Positions 37,806 to 48,657 of a stretch of DNA of 64,000 bases are shown piece by piece. The notes beneath the pieces are model-generated. The model worked only from the letters and a program-made list of their open reading frames with translations. It did no database searches and was not told the DNA's origin. How positions within the stretch are numbered: position 1 is the first letter of the stretch; every line of letters begins with the position of its first letter. The position numbers were made by a program, and so were the translations under genes. Source of the DNA: Halodesulfurarchaeum sp. (GTDB lineage: Archaea > Halobacteriota > Halobacteria > Halobacteriales > Halobacteriaceae); contig JAXHNL010000002.1 in the NCBI GenBank assembly GCA_034520565.1, forward strand, positions 1,600,001-1,664,000, in the 5' to 3' direction.

Positions 37806-38669
37806 CTACTTTGACGACGCGTCGAGGTCGCTCGATTTCTCGCTCAACGTATCGTCGCTGAATCGTTCGGTCGCCTCCACGAGTGGGTGTCGTGCGTAAT
37901 CGACGATTTCCACGTCGGCGAGCGTCTCGAGCCCCTCGTTGCGAGCGGTACGGGCCATGCCCAGATCGATGCGGCTCGGCAACACGATCACGTACGCGTC
38001 CATTGCCTCGATCCCCGTCCGCCTGGCCGCCATGACCCGATGATGACCGTCTGCCAGCAGAAGATCCCCTCCGTTGTCGATGACGACGAGGGGTTCGGCC
38101 AGACCGCGTTCGAGTTCGTACTCCCGACCTTCCAGTTCGTCCGCGTAGACCGTTCCCTGAGTTGGAGTCAAGGCCGAGAGCCTGACCGTTCGACGTTCTT
38201 CTTCGGCCTCGAGGTCGTGAATCGTTTCGAGGGTCCGCTTGAGTTTTCCCACTTTTTCCGGGGTCGCCCGCTCGATCTGGGAGCGGATCACGTCGGCATT
38301 CGAGATGATCCCCACGAGGTTGCCGGCGTCGTCGACGACAGGCAGCTTTTGAATTCCGGATCTGAGGATGACCCGGGCGGCATCTGTCACCTTCATTTCG
38401 GGATGGGCCACGATGAGCTCATCGCTCATTACCTTGAAAAGGGGCGTCTGTGGGTCCTGAAGGAGCAGGTCTCGTGCCGTGACAAACCCCTCGACGTAGC
38501 GGCCGTCCGTCACCGGAAACCCGTTGTAATCGTCGCTTTCCCTGATCCGTTTGGCGACGACCTCGACGGTTTCGTCGGCGGAGACCGTCGCCACCTCCCG
38601 GGTCATGTACTCCTCGACGCGGGGGCGTTTCCTGCCACTCTCGAGATCGAATTCAAAGGGCGAGTCCAT
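37806..38669 (-). CDS. CBS-pair plus ParB/sulfiredoxin-like domain protein
   Basis: CBS pair (YMTREV, GFPV, KLPVVD) followed by PTQ...EPLVVI...LADGHHRVMAA; ATG at 38669. Confidence 0.88.
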   Translation of the reverse strand: MDSPFEFDLESGRKRPRVEEYMTREVATVSADETVEVVAKRIRESDDYNGFPVTDGRYVEGFVTARDLLLQDPQTPLFKVMSDELIVAHPEMKVTDAARVILRSGIQKLPVVDDAGNLVGIISNADVIRSQIERATPEKVGKLKRTLETIHDLEAEEERRTVRLSALTPTQGTVYADELEGREYELERGLAEPLVVIDNGGDLLLADGHHRVMAARRTGIEAMDAYVIVLPSRIDLGMARTARNEGLETLADVEIVDYARHPLVEATERFSDDTLSEKSSDLDASSK

Positions 38670-38769
38670 CGCTGCCTCCACCAAAACCGGCGGGAATTCG
38701 TCGATCCATGCCGGGTCTTTCGGGCCGACGTGCCTTCCGTCTTTTCCGTCCGTCCGGTCGGAGAACCGT

Positions 38770-39768
38770 TCAGTCCTCGTGGGCCGAGTTCGGGAGCGGC
38801 TTGCCTTCGAGACCGGCGGCGAGGTTGTCCGCGGCCATTCGGGCCATCTTGTTTCTGGTCTGAATGCTCGCACTCGCGATGTGTGGCGTGACGACGAGTT
38901 TCTCGGGGATGTGACGGGTTAATTCGTGATCGGCGGGCAGCGGCTCGGGTTCGGTAACGTCCAGACCGACCCGGGTGATCCAGTCGTTTTGGAGGGCCGT
39001 ATCCATCGCTTCGGGGTCGACGACGGGGCCCCGGCTGGTATTGATGAGGATCGCCTCCGCTTTCATCTGCCTGAACTCGTCCTCGCCGATCATGTGGTGA
39101 GTCGCATCGAGGAGCGGGACGTGCAGGGAGACGAAGTCACTCTCCGCGAGCAGTTCGTCCTGGTCGACGAAGGTCACATCAATCCCCACCTTGGCCAGTT
39201 CGGCTTCGGCTTCCTCGTTTCGTTCGATATCGGTGTACAGGACGTCCATATCGAAACCGCCCCCGCGGCGGGCGACTTCCGTGCCGATGTTGCCCATGCC
39301 AATAATGCCAAGCGTCGCGTGATGGACGTCCGGTCCCGTGAGCAGTTTGGGGCCCCAGGTCTCCCACTCGCCGTCGAGCACGTATTCCTGACCCTCGACG
39401 GTCCGTCGGGCCGTGGTCATCAACAACGCCCAGGCGAAGTCGGCAGTCGTCTCGGAGAGGACGCCAGGGGTGTGACCCACTGGGATGTCTCGTGCAGCGG
39501 CGGCGTCCATGTCGACGTGATCGTAGCCGACCGAAAACGTCGAAATGACATCGAGGTTCGGCGAGGCGTCCATGACCTCCCCGTCGATGTCATCCGAGAG
39601 GAGACACAGGAGGCCGTCGGCTTCGAGTTCCGAGAGGGTCTCGATGATATGTGCTTTCGATGGGGGGAGTTTCTCCTCCCAGACGTGAACGTCGTATGCG
39701 TCTTCGAGGCGTTCGATTCCCACATCCGGAATGCGGCGTGTGACGTAGACTGTCGGTTTGTCCGTCAT
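38770..39768 (-). CDS. D-2-hydroxyacid dehydrogenase (glyoxylate/hydroxypyruvate reductase type)
   Basis: SVGYDHVD, HTPGVLSETTAD, GMGNIG, INTSRG, DVTEPEP and PHIASA; ATG at 39768. Confidence 0.9.
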   Translation of the reverse strand: MTDKPTVYVTRRIPDVGIERLEDAYDVHVWEEKLPPSKAHIIETLSELEADGLLCLLSDDIDGEVMDASPNLDVISTFSVGYDHVDMDAAAARDIPVGHTPGVLSETTADFAWALLMTTARRTVEGQEYVLDGEWETWGPKLLTGPDVHHATLGIIGMGNIGTEVARRGGGFDMDVLYTDIERNEEAEAELAKVGIDVTFVDQDELLAESDFVSLHVPLLDATHHMIGEDEFRQMKAEAILINTSRGPVVDPEAMDTALQNDWITRVGLDVTEPEPLPADHELTRHIPEKLVVTPHIASASIQTRNKMARMAADNLAAGLEGKPLPNSAHED

Positions 39769-39888
39769 GGTTAGCAGTGTTGGATAGACTGGTTTGTAGT
39801 TCGGGGTCGGACGAATTTTTGCGAACCGCGCCAACGTCGATCCGTCGGCCGACGCGAATCGATCGAGTGGCGGGTTTCGGTGCGGTAC

Positions 39889-41048
39889 TTAGAGGAACCC
39901 GGCGTCTTCGAGACGGTCGATTCCCTCCCGGATACGCTCCTCGCTCTCGACGAGCGACGCGCGCACGTAGCCGGGGGTGCCGAAGGCTTTGCCCGGCACG
40001 AGGCCGACGCCGGCCTCCCGCACGGCGTCTTTGCACCATTCCATGTCGTCCTCGGCGTCGACCGGGAACATGACGTAAAAGGCCCCTTCCGGGACCGGGA
40101 CGTCGATGCCCCGTGCTTCGAGAAGGTCCACGAGTACATCCCGCCGCGCTTCGAAGGTGTCCATCATATCGTCAGTGAGCGCGTCGATGTCCGTGTTTTC
40201 CAGGGCTTCGATTCCGGCCCGCTGCACGAAATTCGAGGCACAGGAGACCGAGTGGGAGTGGACCTTTCCGGCCTGGGTCGTGTGTTCGGTCGGCGCGGCC
40301 ATGAATCCGAGTCGGTAGCCCGTCATCGAGAAGGTCTTCGAGAAGCCGTTGATCGTGATGGTCCGGTCCATCATGCCGTCGAAGGTCGCCAGGCTGCGCT
40401 GTTCGGCCTCTCCATACATCAGCTCTGCATAGATTTCGTCGGACAGGACCGGCAGATCGTACTCGACGGCGATATCCCGAACGCCCCCGAAGGCCGCCTC
40501 GGTGAAGACCATCCCGCTTGGGTTCGACGGGGAGTTCAGCATGATGAGTGCGGTATCATCGGAGACTGCAGCTTCGAGGTCGTCGAGGGCCGGCTCGAGC
40601 TGGAAGTCGTATGGGGCTGTGTCGACGTGGACGGCCTCGCCGCCGGCCAACTTCACCATCGGCTCGTATGACGACCAGACCGGGTCAATGACGATGACCT
40701 CGTCTCCGGGGTTGACGACTGCCTGGATCGTCTCGTAGAGGGCGTGTTTCCCGCCCGGGGTCGCGATGATGTTCTCGGGACCGTACTCGAGGTCGAACCG
40801 GTCCTGGAGGTAGCCGGCGATCGAGCGCCGCAACTCCATGATTCCGTCGGAGGGCGTGTACGTCGTGTGTCCGGCATCGAGGGCGTCCTTTGTCGCGTCG
40901 ACGATGTGCTGGGGGTCTCGACGTCGGGTTGGCCCACGCTCAGGTCGACGATGTCGGCTCCGTCCGCTTCGAGTTCGGAAACCAGATTCGAGATGACGAA
41001 CGGGGCCGCCGGCTCGACGGCGTGGACGCGCTCGGCGAACTCCATCAC
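39889..41048 (-). CDS. PLP-dependent class I/II aminotransferase; apparent -1 frameshift at 40911-40915
   Basis: The N-terminal part (MEFAERV...DLSVGQPDVETP) and the body (QHIVDATK...NSPSNPSG, SDEIY, FSKTFSMTGYRLG) are in different frames. One more base in the G5 run joins them. Confidence 0.85.
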
Positions 41049-41225
41049 TGGTCACCCCGAAGTGTCCCCGTGGAGGGTCCTCGGCGCGGGAAACGCGTGG
41101 ATCCTGGCGAACAACTGGCACCGGTACGTATTGACATAGTGTGGGAGAGTAATCTCGATACCGTCCAAAATAGGTTTCGTTCGAGCCTTCGGCCCCAAGA
41201 CGCCGTTTCAGGCAAGGTTTGCGAA

Positions 41226-42641
41226 TCAGGGGATATCGCCATTTGCTTCGAGCGCCCGCTGCAATCGTGACCTGATCTCCTCGGCCACAATCGTTTCCAT
41301 CTCGTCCCCGTCCATCTCCGTGTCGACCACCTCGAAGCTGTCGAGTGGAATCTGAGCCCCCGCCATCTGTTCGTGACCGCCGGCACTCCCGATTTCGTCG
41401 AAGGCGCGACGGAACACGGCCCCGAGATCGATCGACCCGCCTTTGGCACGGCCCGAGAGGTGAACCGTCTCATCGGTATAGCCGTAGACGACCGTGATCG
41501 AAATGGCTTCGAGGCCCAGCAACCGGTCTGCAGCCTGGGCGAGGGAATCACGGGAGTTCACCGCCCCGACGAAGCTCGTCAGCACCGACCCGTCGACCGT
41601 CCGATTCCCGATCGCTCGGCCGATCGTCTCCAGGGTCGAATGACTGAGTGACGGGCTTTCGACCAACTCCAGAAGATCCAGATCGGCGTGTGGGAGCAAC
41701 CAGGCAGCCGCTTCGAAGTCCTTTGCGGTGGTTTCACGCCCGAAGTCCCGCGTATCGACCCTGATTCCGTAAAGTAACCCCGTAGCCACGTCCTTTGTGA
41801 CGTCGATGTCGAAGTCCTCGAGGTAGTCCACGAAAAGGGTACACGTCGCCCCCACGGCCGACCTAATATCCACGAAATCGGCCGCACAGTCCTCCGGCGT
41901 CGGATGGTGATCGATCACGATATCGACGGGCATCCCCTCCGGAAGTTGGTTGTTGATCCCCGGCCGGGAGTGATCGACGAGCGCGAGATGGTCTCCCCCG
42001 ATATCCGCCGGCCGTTCGAGCTGTCGGAGGTCCACGTCGAGCAGGTTCACGAAGGCCCGGTTTTCCTGGTGATTGATATCGCCGAAGTAACAGATTTCGG
42101 CATCGACGTCGAACCGACTCGCGATCGATCGCAACGCCAGTGCGGCACCGAGCGCGTCCGGGTCGGGATTGTCGTGGGTGCAGATCTCGAGTGTCCCGTC
42201 CATTCCCTCGAGAGTCTCGCGAAGCGCCGACGCTCTACTGGCACGTGAATCGGTTCGTTTCGAGTCGATGGCATCGAGAACCATTGCACCCGGAGAAACG
42301 ACGCGATCGACGACCGAGGGCGCTTGCTGTACGTTTCCGGTTTCGCCCGGGAGCGAGAGCAAATACGCGTCCGGAAACACCTGCCTGACAGCATCGGCCG
42401 TCTTCGTTGCTCGATTGCGATCGTCGGTCAATACGACCACGACGTCCGGATCGAACCCCGTCCGTTTCAGGACTGCCGGGTCCGTACTGTCGCCCGTTTC
42501 TGCAGTCACGGAGAGATCCCGCAGGTGCTCGACACGCCCTTCGTCGTGGTCGAGCACGAATAGTCGACCTGGCCAGTCCCGAAGGGTTCTGGCGATCGAG
42601 AGACAGAGGTCCCCACAGCCCAGGACGAGCCGGTCGACCAT
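41226..42641 (-). CDS. TrkA-N (RCK) plus DHH/DHHA1 phosphoesterase
   Basis: N-terminal LVLGCG Rossmann-like motif, HDNPDPDA, VDHS, IDHH, DT and SAGGH; ATG at 42641. Confidence 0.9.
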   Translation of the reverse strand: MVDRLVLGCGDLCLSIARTLRDWPGRLFVLDHDEGRVEHLRDLSVTAETGDSTDPAVLKRTGFDPDVVVVLTDDRNRATKTADAVRQVFPDAYLLSLPGETGNVQQAPSVVDRVVSPGAMVLDAIDSKRTDSRASRASALRETLEGMDGTLEICTHDNPDPDALGAALALRSIASRFDVDAEICYFGDINHQENRAFVNLLDVDLRQLERPADIGGDHLALVDHSRPGINNQLPEGMPVDIVIDHHPTPEDCAADFVDIRSAVGATCTLFVDYLEDFDIDVTKDVATGLLYGIRVDTRDFGRETTAKDFEAAAWLLPHADLDLLELVESPSLSHSTLETIGRAIGNRTVDGSVLTSFVGAVNSRDSLAQAADRLLGLEAISITVVYGYTDETVHLSGRAKGGSIDLGAVFRRAFDEIGSAGGHEQMAGAQIPLDSFEVVDTEMDGDEMETIVAEEIRSRLQRALEANGDIP

Positions 42642-42687
42642 ACGCGCGAACGTGGAACGCGAACGGATAAAAGCGGTTCCCTCTCGA

Positions 42688-44190
42688 TCAGACCCCGCCT
42701 TCGAGCAGGAGCGACGCGGCCGAGATCGCCGTTTCGGCCACGGGGTCGAAGGCAAAGAGCAGGGCGACAGTGACGACGGCCGCGCCGATCACGGCCACGT
42801 ACATGCCCGTCGGCGTCGGACCGAGGTCGAGAGAGTCGTCCGGATCCTCGATCCAGAGGGACTTCACGACACGGCTGTAGTAATACAGCGACAGGGCGCT
42901 GTTGATGGCGGCGATGCCGGCCAGCCACCAGAACCCGGCCTGGACCGTCCCGGCAAAGAGGACGTACTTCGAGAGGAAGCCGCCCCCGACCGGCAGGCCC
43001 GCGAGGCTGAACATGAACACGGTCATCGCCACGCTCACGTAGGGAGCCTGGCGAGCGAGTCCGTTGTAGTCCTCGAAGGTGCGGCCGACGTTCCACTTCT
43101 CGGCGAGTGCCACGAAGAGGAACGCTCCGGTGTTCATGAAGCCATAGACCAGCAGGTGCATCATCGCCGCACCGAGGACCAGCGCCTGGGTGCCGACGTC
43201 ACCGGGACCGGCCAGGGCGGCCAGCCCGATGAGGACGTAGCCCGCGTGCCCGATCGAGGAGTACGCGAGCATCCGCTTGACGTTCTCCTGGGTTGCCGCG
43301 GCGAAGTTTCCGAGCGTCATCGTGACGATCGCAAGCACCACGAACACCCACCCCCAGGGAACGGTCCCGCCGACCAGATCGAGCGGGAAGCCCTGCACGA
43401 GCACGCGGAAGGCCACGGCGAAGCCGGCGGCCTTCGACGCCGAGGAGATGAACGCCGAGATCGGTGCCGGCGCCCCCTCGTAGGCCTCCGGGGCCCAGAA
43501 GTGGAACGGAACGCTCGCGGTCTTGAAGAGGAACCCACCGATCAGCATTACCAGCCCGAGTCCGAGCAGGCCGTCGAGCCCCGCGAGTCCGCCCTGGAGT
43601 GCTTCGGCAATACCGCTCAGGTGGAGTGTTCCCGTCGCACCGTAGACCAGGCTGATTCCGTAGACCATCACCGCCGAGGACAGCGCGCCGATGAGGAAGT
43701 ACTTCAGCCCGGCCTCGACGCTTCCCTCGTTGTGCTTGAGGTAGGCCACGAGCCCATAGGAGGGCAGCGAGGCCAACTCGAGACTCACGAAGAGCGCCGC
43801 GAGATTGTTCGAGACGGCCATCAGGCTCATCCCGAGTGCGGCAAGCGCGACGAGCGAGTAGTACTCGGCGATCGCTTCGGAGCCCTGCAAGTAGTCGTAG
43901 CTCGCGATCACGACGAGCGTGGCCACGCTTCCGAAGATGAACGTGAAGAACAGGCTCATCCCGTCCACGACGAGCATCCCGGCGAACAGCTCCGGGACGG
44001 TGGCACCAGCGCCGGTGCCGGCGGCAAGGAACCACGCGCTGACCAGTGCGACGAGCGCCGAACCCACCCCGGCGATGCCGGTGAGCAGGTCAGGTCGCTT
44101 CGATTTCGGGAAGACCGTGTCGGCCAACAGGAGCGCGATCGCGGTGATCGCGAAGAGGTACTGCGGCGTGAGATGTGGCAACGTCGTCAT
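42688..44190 (-). CDS. nuoN: Complex I-like subunit N
   Basis: EAGLKYF, FKTASVPFHFWAPEAYEGAP and KRMLAYSSIGH. Confidence 0.95.
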   Translation of the reverse strand: MTTLPHLTPQYLFAITAIALLLADTVFPKSKRPDLLTGIAGVGSALVALVSAWFLAAGTGAGATVPELFAGMLVVDGMSLFFTFIFGSVATLVVIASYDYLQGSEAIAEYYSLVALAALGMSLMAVSNNLAALFVSLELASLPSYGLVAYLKHNEGSVEAGLKYFLIGALSSAVMVYGISLVYGATGTLHLSGIAEALQGGLAGLDGLLGLGLVMLIGGFLFKTASVPFHFWAPEAYEGAPAPISAFISSASKAAGFAVAFRVLVQGFPLDLVGGTVPWGWVFVVLAIVTMTLGNFAAATQENVKRMLAYSSIGHAGYVLIGLAALAGPGDVGTQALVLGAAMMHLLVYGFMNTGAFLFVALAEKWNVGRTFEDYNGLARQAPYVSVAMTVFMFSLAGLPVGGGFLSKYVLFAGTVQAGFWWLAGIAAINSALSLYYYSRVVKSLWIEDPDDSLDLGPTPTGMYVAVIGAAVVTVALLFAFDPVAETAISAASLLLEGGV

Positions 44191-45722
44191 TTAGAGACCA
44201 CCTCCGATTGTGAGGATCGGCTGCACTGCATCCTGGATCATCCCGTAGATCAGATCCGGCGCGGTGCCAAGCAGGATCACGAACAGCAGGAGGACCACGA
44301 TCGACACCCGGTCGGTGACGGCCGCCGGGACGATCTCGTGGTCGGTATCGGCCACGAACGGGCCGAAGAGCACCCGCTGCATCGCGAGAAGCAGGTAGCC
44401 GGCCACGATCACGATACCGAACATCGCAACCGCGGTGAACACCTGTGCGTACGGGAGGATCGTCGACTGCATCCCGCCCAGGAAGATGTACAACTCCCCG
44501 GCGAAGCCGGCCATCAGCGGCAAGCCCATGTACCCGAAGGCAGCCGCGGTGAAGACCGTCGCAGTCAAGGGCATCCGGTCGGCGATCCCCGAGAGGTCAC
44601 CCACCATGCGCGTGTGGGCGACGTTGTAGATCACGCCGACGGACATGAACATCAGCCCCGAGATGAGCCCGTGGGCGACCATCTGGAAGGTCGCACCGCC
44701 GAGCCCGTAGAGGTTGTACGCCACGAGTCCGATGAGCACATAGCCCATCGAGGAGATCGAGGAGTACGCCACGATCCGCTTGAGGTCCTGCTGGGCCAGC
44801 GCCAGCATCGCCCCGTAGATCACGCTGATGACCGCGAAAATGGCGATCGGAATCGCGAAGCTCTGATCGCCTGGTCGGGCAGCATCGTGAAGTTGAACCG
44901 CAACAGTGCGTAGGTCCCCATCTTCAGGAGGACGCCGGCCAGGATCACCGACACTGGAGTCGGCGCCTCGACGTGGGCGTCCGGCAGCCACGTGTGGAAC
45001 GGGACCATCGGGACCTTGACGGCAAAGCCGGCGAACATGGCGATGAAGGCCACCGCCTTCAGCGTGCCAGCTTCGATACCGGCGAGCGAGCCGAGTTCAC
45101 CTGCGTGCAGCGCCTGTGTGATTTCCGGCAGCCCGAGGGAGGTGATGCTGTCCCCCAGACCGAACACCAGTGCGATGAACCCGATGAACATCACCAGGCT
45201 CGCCACGTTGGTGTACACGAAGAACTTGATCGCTGCGTACTTCCGTCGCGGACCACCCCAGATGGCGATCAGGAAGTACATCGGCACCAGCACGAACTCC
45301 CAGGCGACGAACCATGCGAGGAAGTCGAGTGCGGTGAAGACGCCGATCAGGCTCGCCTCCATGAACAGCATTAGCCCGTAGAACTGGGACTGGCGCTCGT
45401 CGATGGGCGTCCACGCCGAGAGAATGGCGAGGCTCATCAGGAGCGTGGTCAAGACCACCAGGGCAAGCGAGATGCCGTCCACCCCGACGTGATAACCAAC
45501 CGTGATGTCGCCGAGACTGATCCAGTCTGCCTGGGTTTGATACGCGATATCGCCGCCCAACAGGGCGTTCCCCGAACCGTCAAAGCCCAGGTACATGAGC
45601 AGGGCCCCGGTGAGGGGCAACAGGCTCAGTCCGAAGGCCAGGCGACCGGCGATCTCTTCGTCTGCGAACATGACCGCGACGGCGCTTGCCACCGTCACGA
45701 GGAGCAGTGCCTCGATCATCAT
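44191..45722 (-). CDS. nuoM: Complex I-like subunit M; apparent frameshift near 44860-44868
   Basis: N-half (VDGIS, KVPMVPFHTWLPDAHVEAP, LLKMGTY) and C-half (QSFAIP...DLKRIVAYSS, HGLIS) lie in different frames. Confidence 0.9.
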
Positions 45723-47778
45723 TTAGAACCACCCCCCGACGAGTGCGACGACCAGAATGATGACGACCAGCCCCAGCGTGAGCATGGCGGCGTAGTTGGT
45801 CACCCGACCGGTCTGCAGTCGACGGATGCGCGAGCCCGAGAGCAGGGCCAGACTCGAGATGGCGTTGACGACGCCGTCGATGATGCCCTGGTCGAACTTG
45901 TCGGCGACCTTCGCGATCGGCATCGTGAGGCCTTCCGCGAGCCAGACCTGGTACTCGTCCTGGTAGTAGTTGTTGTAAAGCAGGGTCTTGATCGATCCCA
46001 GCTTGTCCGTGTGACGGGTCGGCGACGGACCCCGGTACAGGAACCAGGCCGCTCCGGCCCCCGTGAGCGCCAACCCGAGCGAGAGGGCAGCCGGGAGGAA
46101 CGGAGCGAGATCCGCCGCGTGGAAGCCAGCGACGGCCTCCAACAGGTGGTGATACTCGCCGTAGGTCACCTGTTCGATGCCGGCTTCGAACCAGTGATGG
46201 AGATACGTGATGTCGGCCCCGGTCAGTGCTTTGACCGGTGCCATGTTGACGAACCCGACCGTCGCAGCCAGAATTCCGAGTACCACGAGCGGGAACTTCA
46301 CGTTCCAGCGGACGCCGTGTGGGTCCTCGGCCGTCTCGGTTCGGGCGTCACCGTGGAAGGTCAGGATGACCATCCGGAACGTGTAGAAGCCGGTGAAGAG
46401 GACGGCTACGAGCCCCATCGCGTACGCGAGAAGGATCAACGGCTGGCCGCCGAGTCCGTAAATCAGTGCCTCGTAGAGCACCTCGTCCTTCGACCAGAAC
46501 CCAGCGAAGGGGAAGATGCCCGCGAGCGCAAGCGACCCGGACAGGAACGTCCAGTAGGTCACGGGCATCTTCTTCTTGAGACCGCCCATGTCCCACATGT
46601 TCTCGTTGTGATGCATCGCGATGATGACCGCCCCGGCACCCAGGAACAGGAGTGCTTTGAAGATCGCATGTGTCATCAGGTGGAAGGTCGCGGCGATGTA
46701 CCCACCGGCCCCCAGCGCGAGCATCATATACCCGTACTGGGAGATGGTGGAGTACGCGAGCACCTGCTTGATCTCCCGTTTGACCAGTGCCATCGTCGCG
46801 GCCATCAACGCCGTGAAGCCACCGACGAGCGCGATCAGCGCCAGCACCTGCGGAAGCTGGGCGTAGAAACCGTACATCCGCATGACGAGGTACACACCGG
46901 CGGCGACCATCGTCGCGGCGTGGATGAGCGCCGAAACCGGGGTCGGGCCCTCCATCGCGTCGGGGAGCCAGGTGTGTAGCGGGAACTGTGCGGACTTCCC
47001 GATCACGCCACCCAGGACGAGGAGGCCCATGATTGCAAACCAGGTCTGGGCGTCGAGCCCGATCGTGGCGAGGAAGTTCGACACCTGTGCCGGCATCTCG
47101 CCACCGAGAGCTTCCGTCGCGAGTTGCGGGAAGCCGAGTTCGTCGCCACGGGGGGCGAACAGGCCGGTGCCGAAGGTGGCGAAGATGGCCACCACGCCGA
47201 TCAGGAAGAAGTAATCCCCGAAGCGGGTGACCAGGAAGGCCTTCTTGGCCGCACTCGGTGGGCCCGGCTCCCGGAACCAGAAGCCGATGAGGAGCCAGGA
47301 GCAGAGTCCGACCAGCTCGAAGAACATGAAGGCCATCAGGATGTTCGAGGCCATCACGAAGGCGAGCATCGAGAACGTGAACAGGCCGAGTCCGGCGTAG
47401 TACCGGGGCAGGCCCGTCTCGCCCTCGTCGTTCATGTACCCGAGGCTGAACACGTGCACGAGGAAGCTGATGAGTGCGACGATCACCAGCATGTAGCGAG
47501 GACAGCGGATCTATCAGGATCCCGAAGGAGAGATCGAAGGTCTCCCCGGCCATCCCCGTCGTCCACGTGTAGATCTCTTCGTTGTACGTCGCGTTTCCAC
47601 TGACGGTGACCAGAAGCCACCCGGACAAGAGCAGCGATCCGGCCGTTGCCAGAATCCCCGGGATCGCGCCGCCCTTCGGCAGCAGCCGCGGGGTGAAATA
47701 CCCCGCGAGGATCGCGACCACGAAGGAGGCAAACGGGAGCATCGGAATCGCCGCGGCGAAGTCGAATGCACCTACCAT
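45723..47778 (-). CDS. nuoL: Complex I-like subunit L; apparent +1 frameshift near 47494
   Basis: N-terminal MVGAFDF...ILIDPLSSL continues as MLVIVAL...KSAQFPLHTWLPDAMEGPTPVSALIHAATM once one base is removed. Confidence 0.9.
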
Positions 47779-47779
47779 C

Positions 47780-48085
47780 TTACCACCTCATCGTATTCGG
47801 CTCGGTCACGTCCACGTCCCTGAAGTTGCGGAACAGGATCAGGATGATCCCGATCCCAACGGCCACTTCCGCGGCCGCCAGGGCGAGGACGAACAGGCTA
47901 AACGTCTGTCCGGTCAGGTTGCCCCACTGGGCCGAGAACGCGACCAGGTTGACGTTGGCCGCGTTGAGCATCAACTCGACCGACATGAGGAACCTGAGCG
48001 CGTTCCGACGGGTGAGCAGCCCGAACACGCCGATGCTGAACATCGCGGCCGAAAGCAGGACGTAGTACTGGGTTTCGACGACCAT
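47780..48085 (-). CDS. nuoK: Complex I-like subunit K
   Basis: SVELMLNAAN and AAAEVAVG. Confidence 0.95.
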   Translation of the reverse strand: MVVETQYYVLLSAAMFSIGVFGLLTRRNALRFLMSVELMLNAANVNLVAFSAQWGNLTGQTFSLFVLALAAAEVAVGIGIILILFRNFRDVDVTEPNTMRW

Positions 48086-48384
48086 CAGTCCTCACCTCCG
48101 TCGCGTCGGGCGAGCATCACGGCAGCCCCGAGGGCCGCGTCGAGGACGAACGCCACCGCGAAGAAGGGCAGCAGGAAGCCCTCGCTCGCCACCATCGGAG
48201 CCCCCCGTTCGAGGTTGAACAGGGCATAGCCCATGCTTTTCGTGATCGCTGCGCCCGGTTCGAATCCCACGGCCGGCTCGAAGGTCGCCGTCAGAATCGC
48301 CACGGCCATCATGGCGAAGAGGGCGAGTGCGGCCAGACCGGGGAGAACGTCGACGTTTCGGGACAGTTCGGGTTTCGTCGTCAT
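48085..48384 (-). CDS. nuoJ2: Complex I-like subunit J, C-terminal part (J2)
   Basis: MTTKPEL...FLLPFFAVAFVLDAALGAAVMLARR; ATG at 48384 overlaps the J1 stop. Confidence 0.82.
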   Translation of the reverse strand: MTTKPELSRNVDVLPGLAALALFAMMAVAILTATFEPAVGFEPGAAITKSMGYALFNLERGAPMVASEGFLLPFFAVAFVLDAALGAAVMLARRDGGED

Positions 48385-48635
48385 TGGCCGACACCTCCTG
48401 GATCGCGGGTGAGCATGACCGCAAAGGCGATCAGGATCAGCACCCCACCGACGTACACGAGTACCTGCACGGCCGCGAGGAAAGCGGCCTCGAGCAGGAG
48501 GAAGTGAACGGCGACACTGAGCAACGCTGCACCGAGGAACAGGGCGGAGTGCCACACGTCCTCGACGAGCACGACGCCGAGACTACTTGCCAGCGTCACC
48601 AGTGCGAACAGGGCAAAGGCGAGTGTCTCGATCAT
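48381..48635 (-). CDS. nuoJ1: Complex I-like subunit J, N-terminal part (J1)
   Basis: HSALFL and QVLVYVGGVLILIAFAVML; ATG at 48635. Confidence 0.88.
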   Translation of the reverse strand: MIETLAFALFALVTLASSLGVVLVEDVWHSALFLGAALLSVAVHFLLLEAAFLAAVQVLVYVGGVLILIAFAVMLTRDPGGVGQ

Positions 48636-48657
48636 TGGATCCACCTCCGTGAGCCGC

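Noticed and set aside
42169-44913. 914-aa plus-strand ORF and other long antisense ORFs (e.g. 45489-46979, 50165-51700, 53731-55410)
   Set aside because: Shadow ORFs opposite well-supported genes, expected from high-GC codon bias; no recognisable motifs.
48085-48635. Split nuoJ as another frameshift or pseudogene
   Set aside because: The two parts are coupled by an ATGA overlap, and a J1/J2 split is normal in haloarchaea.
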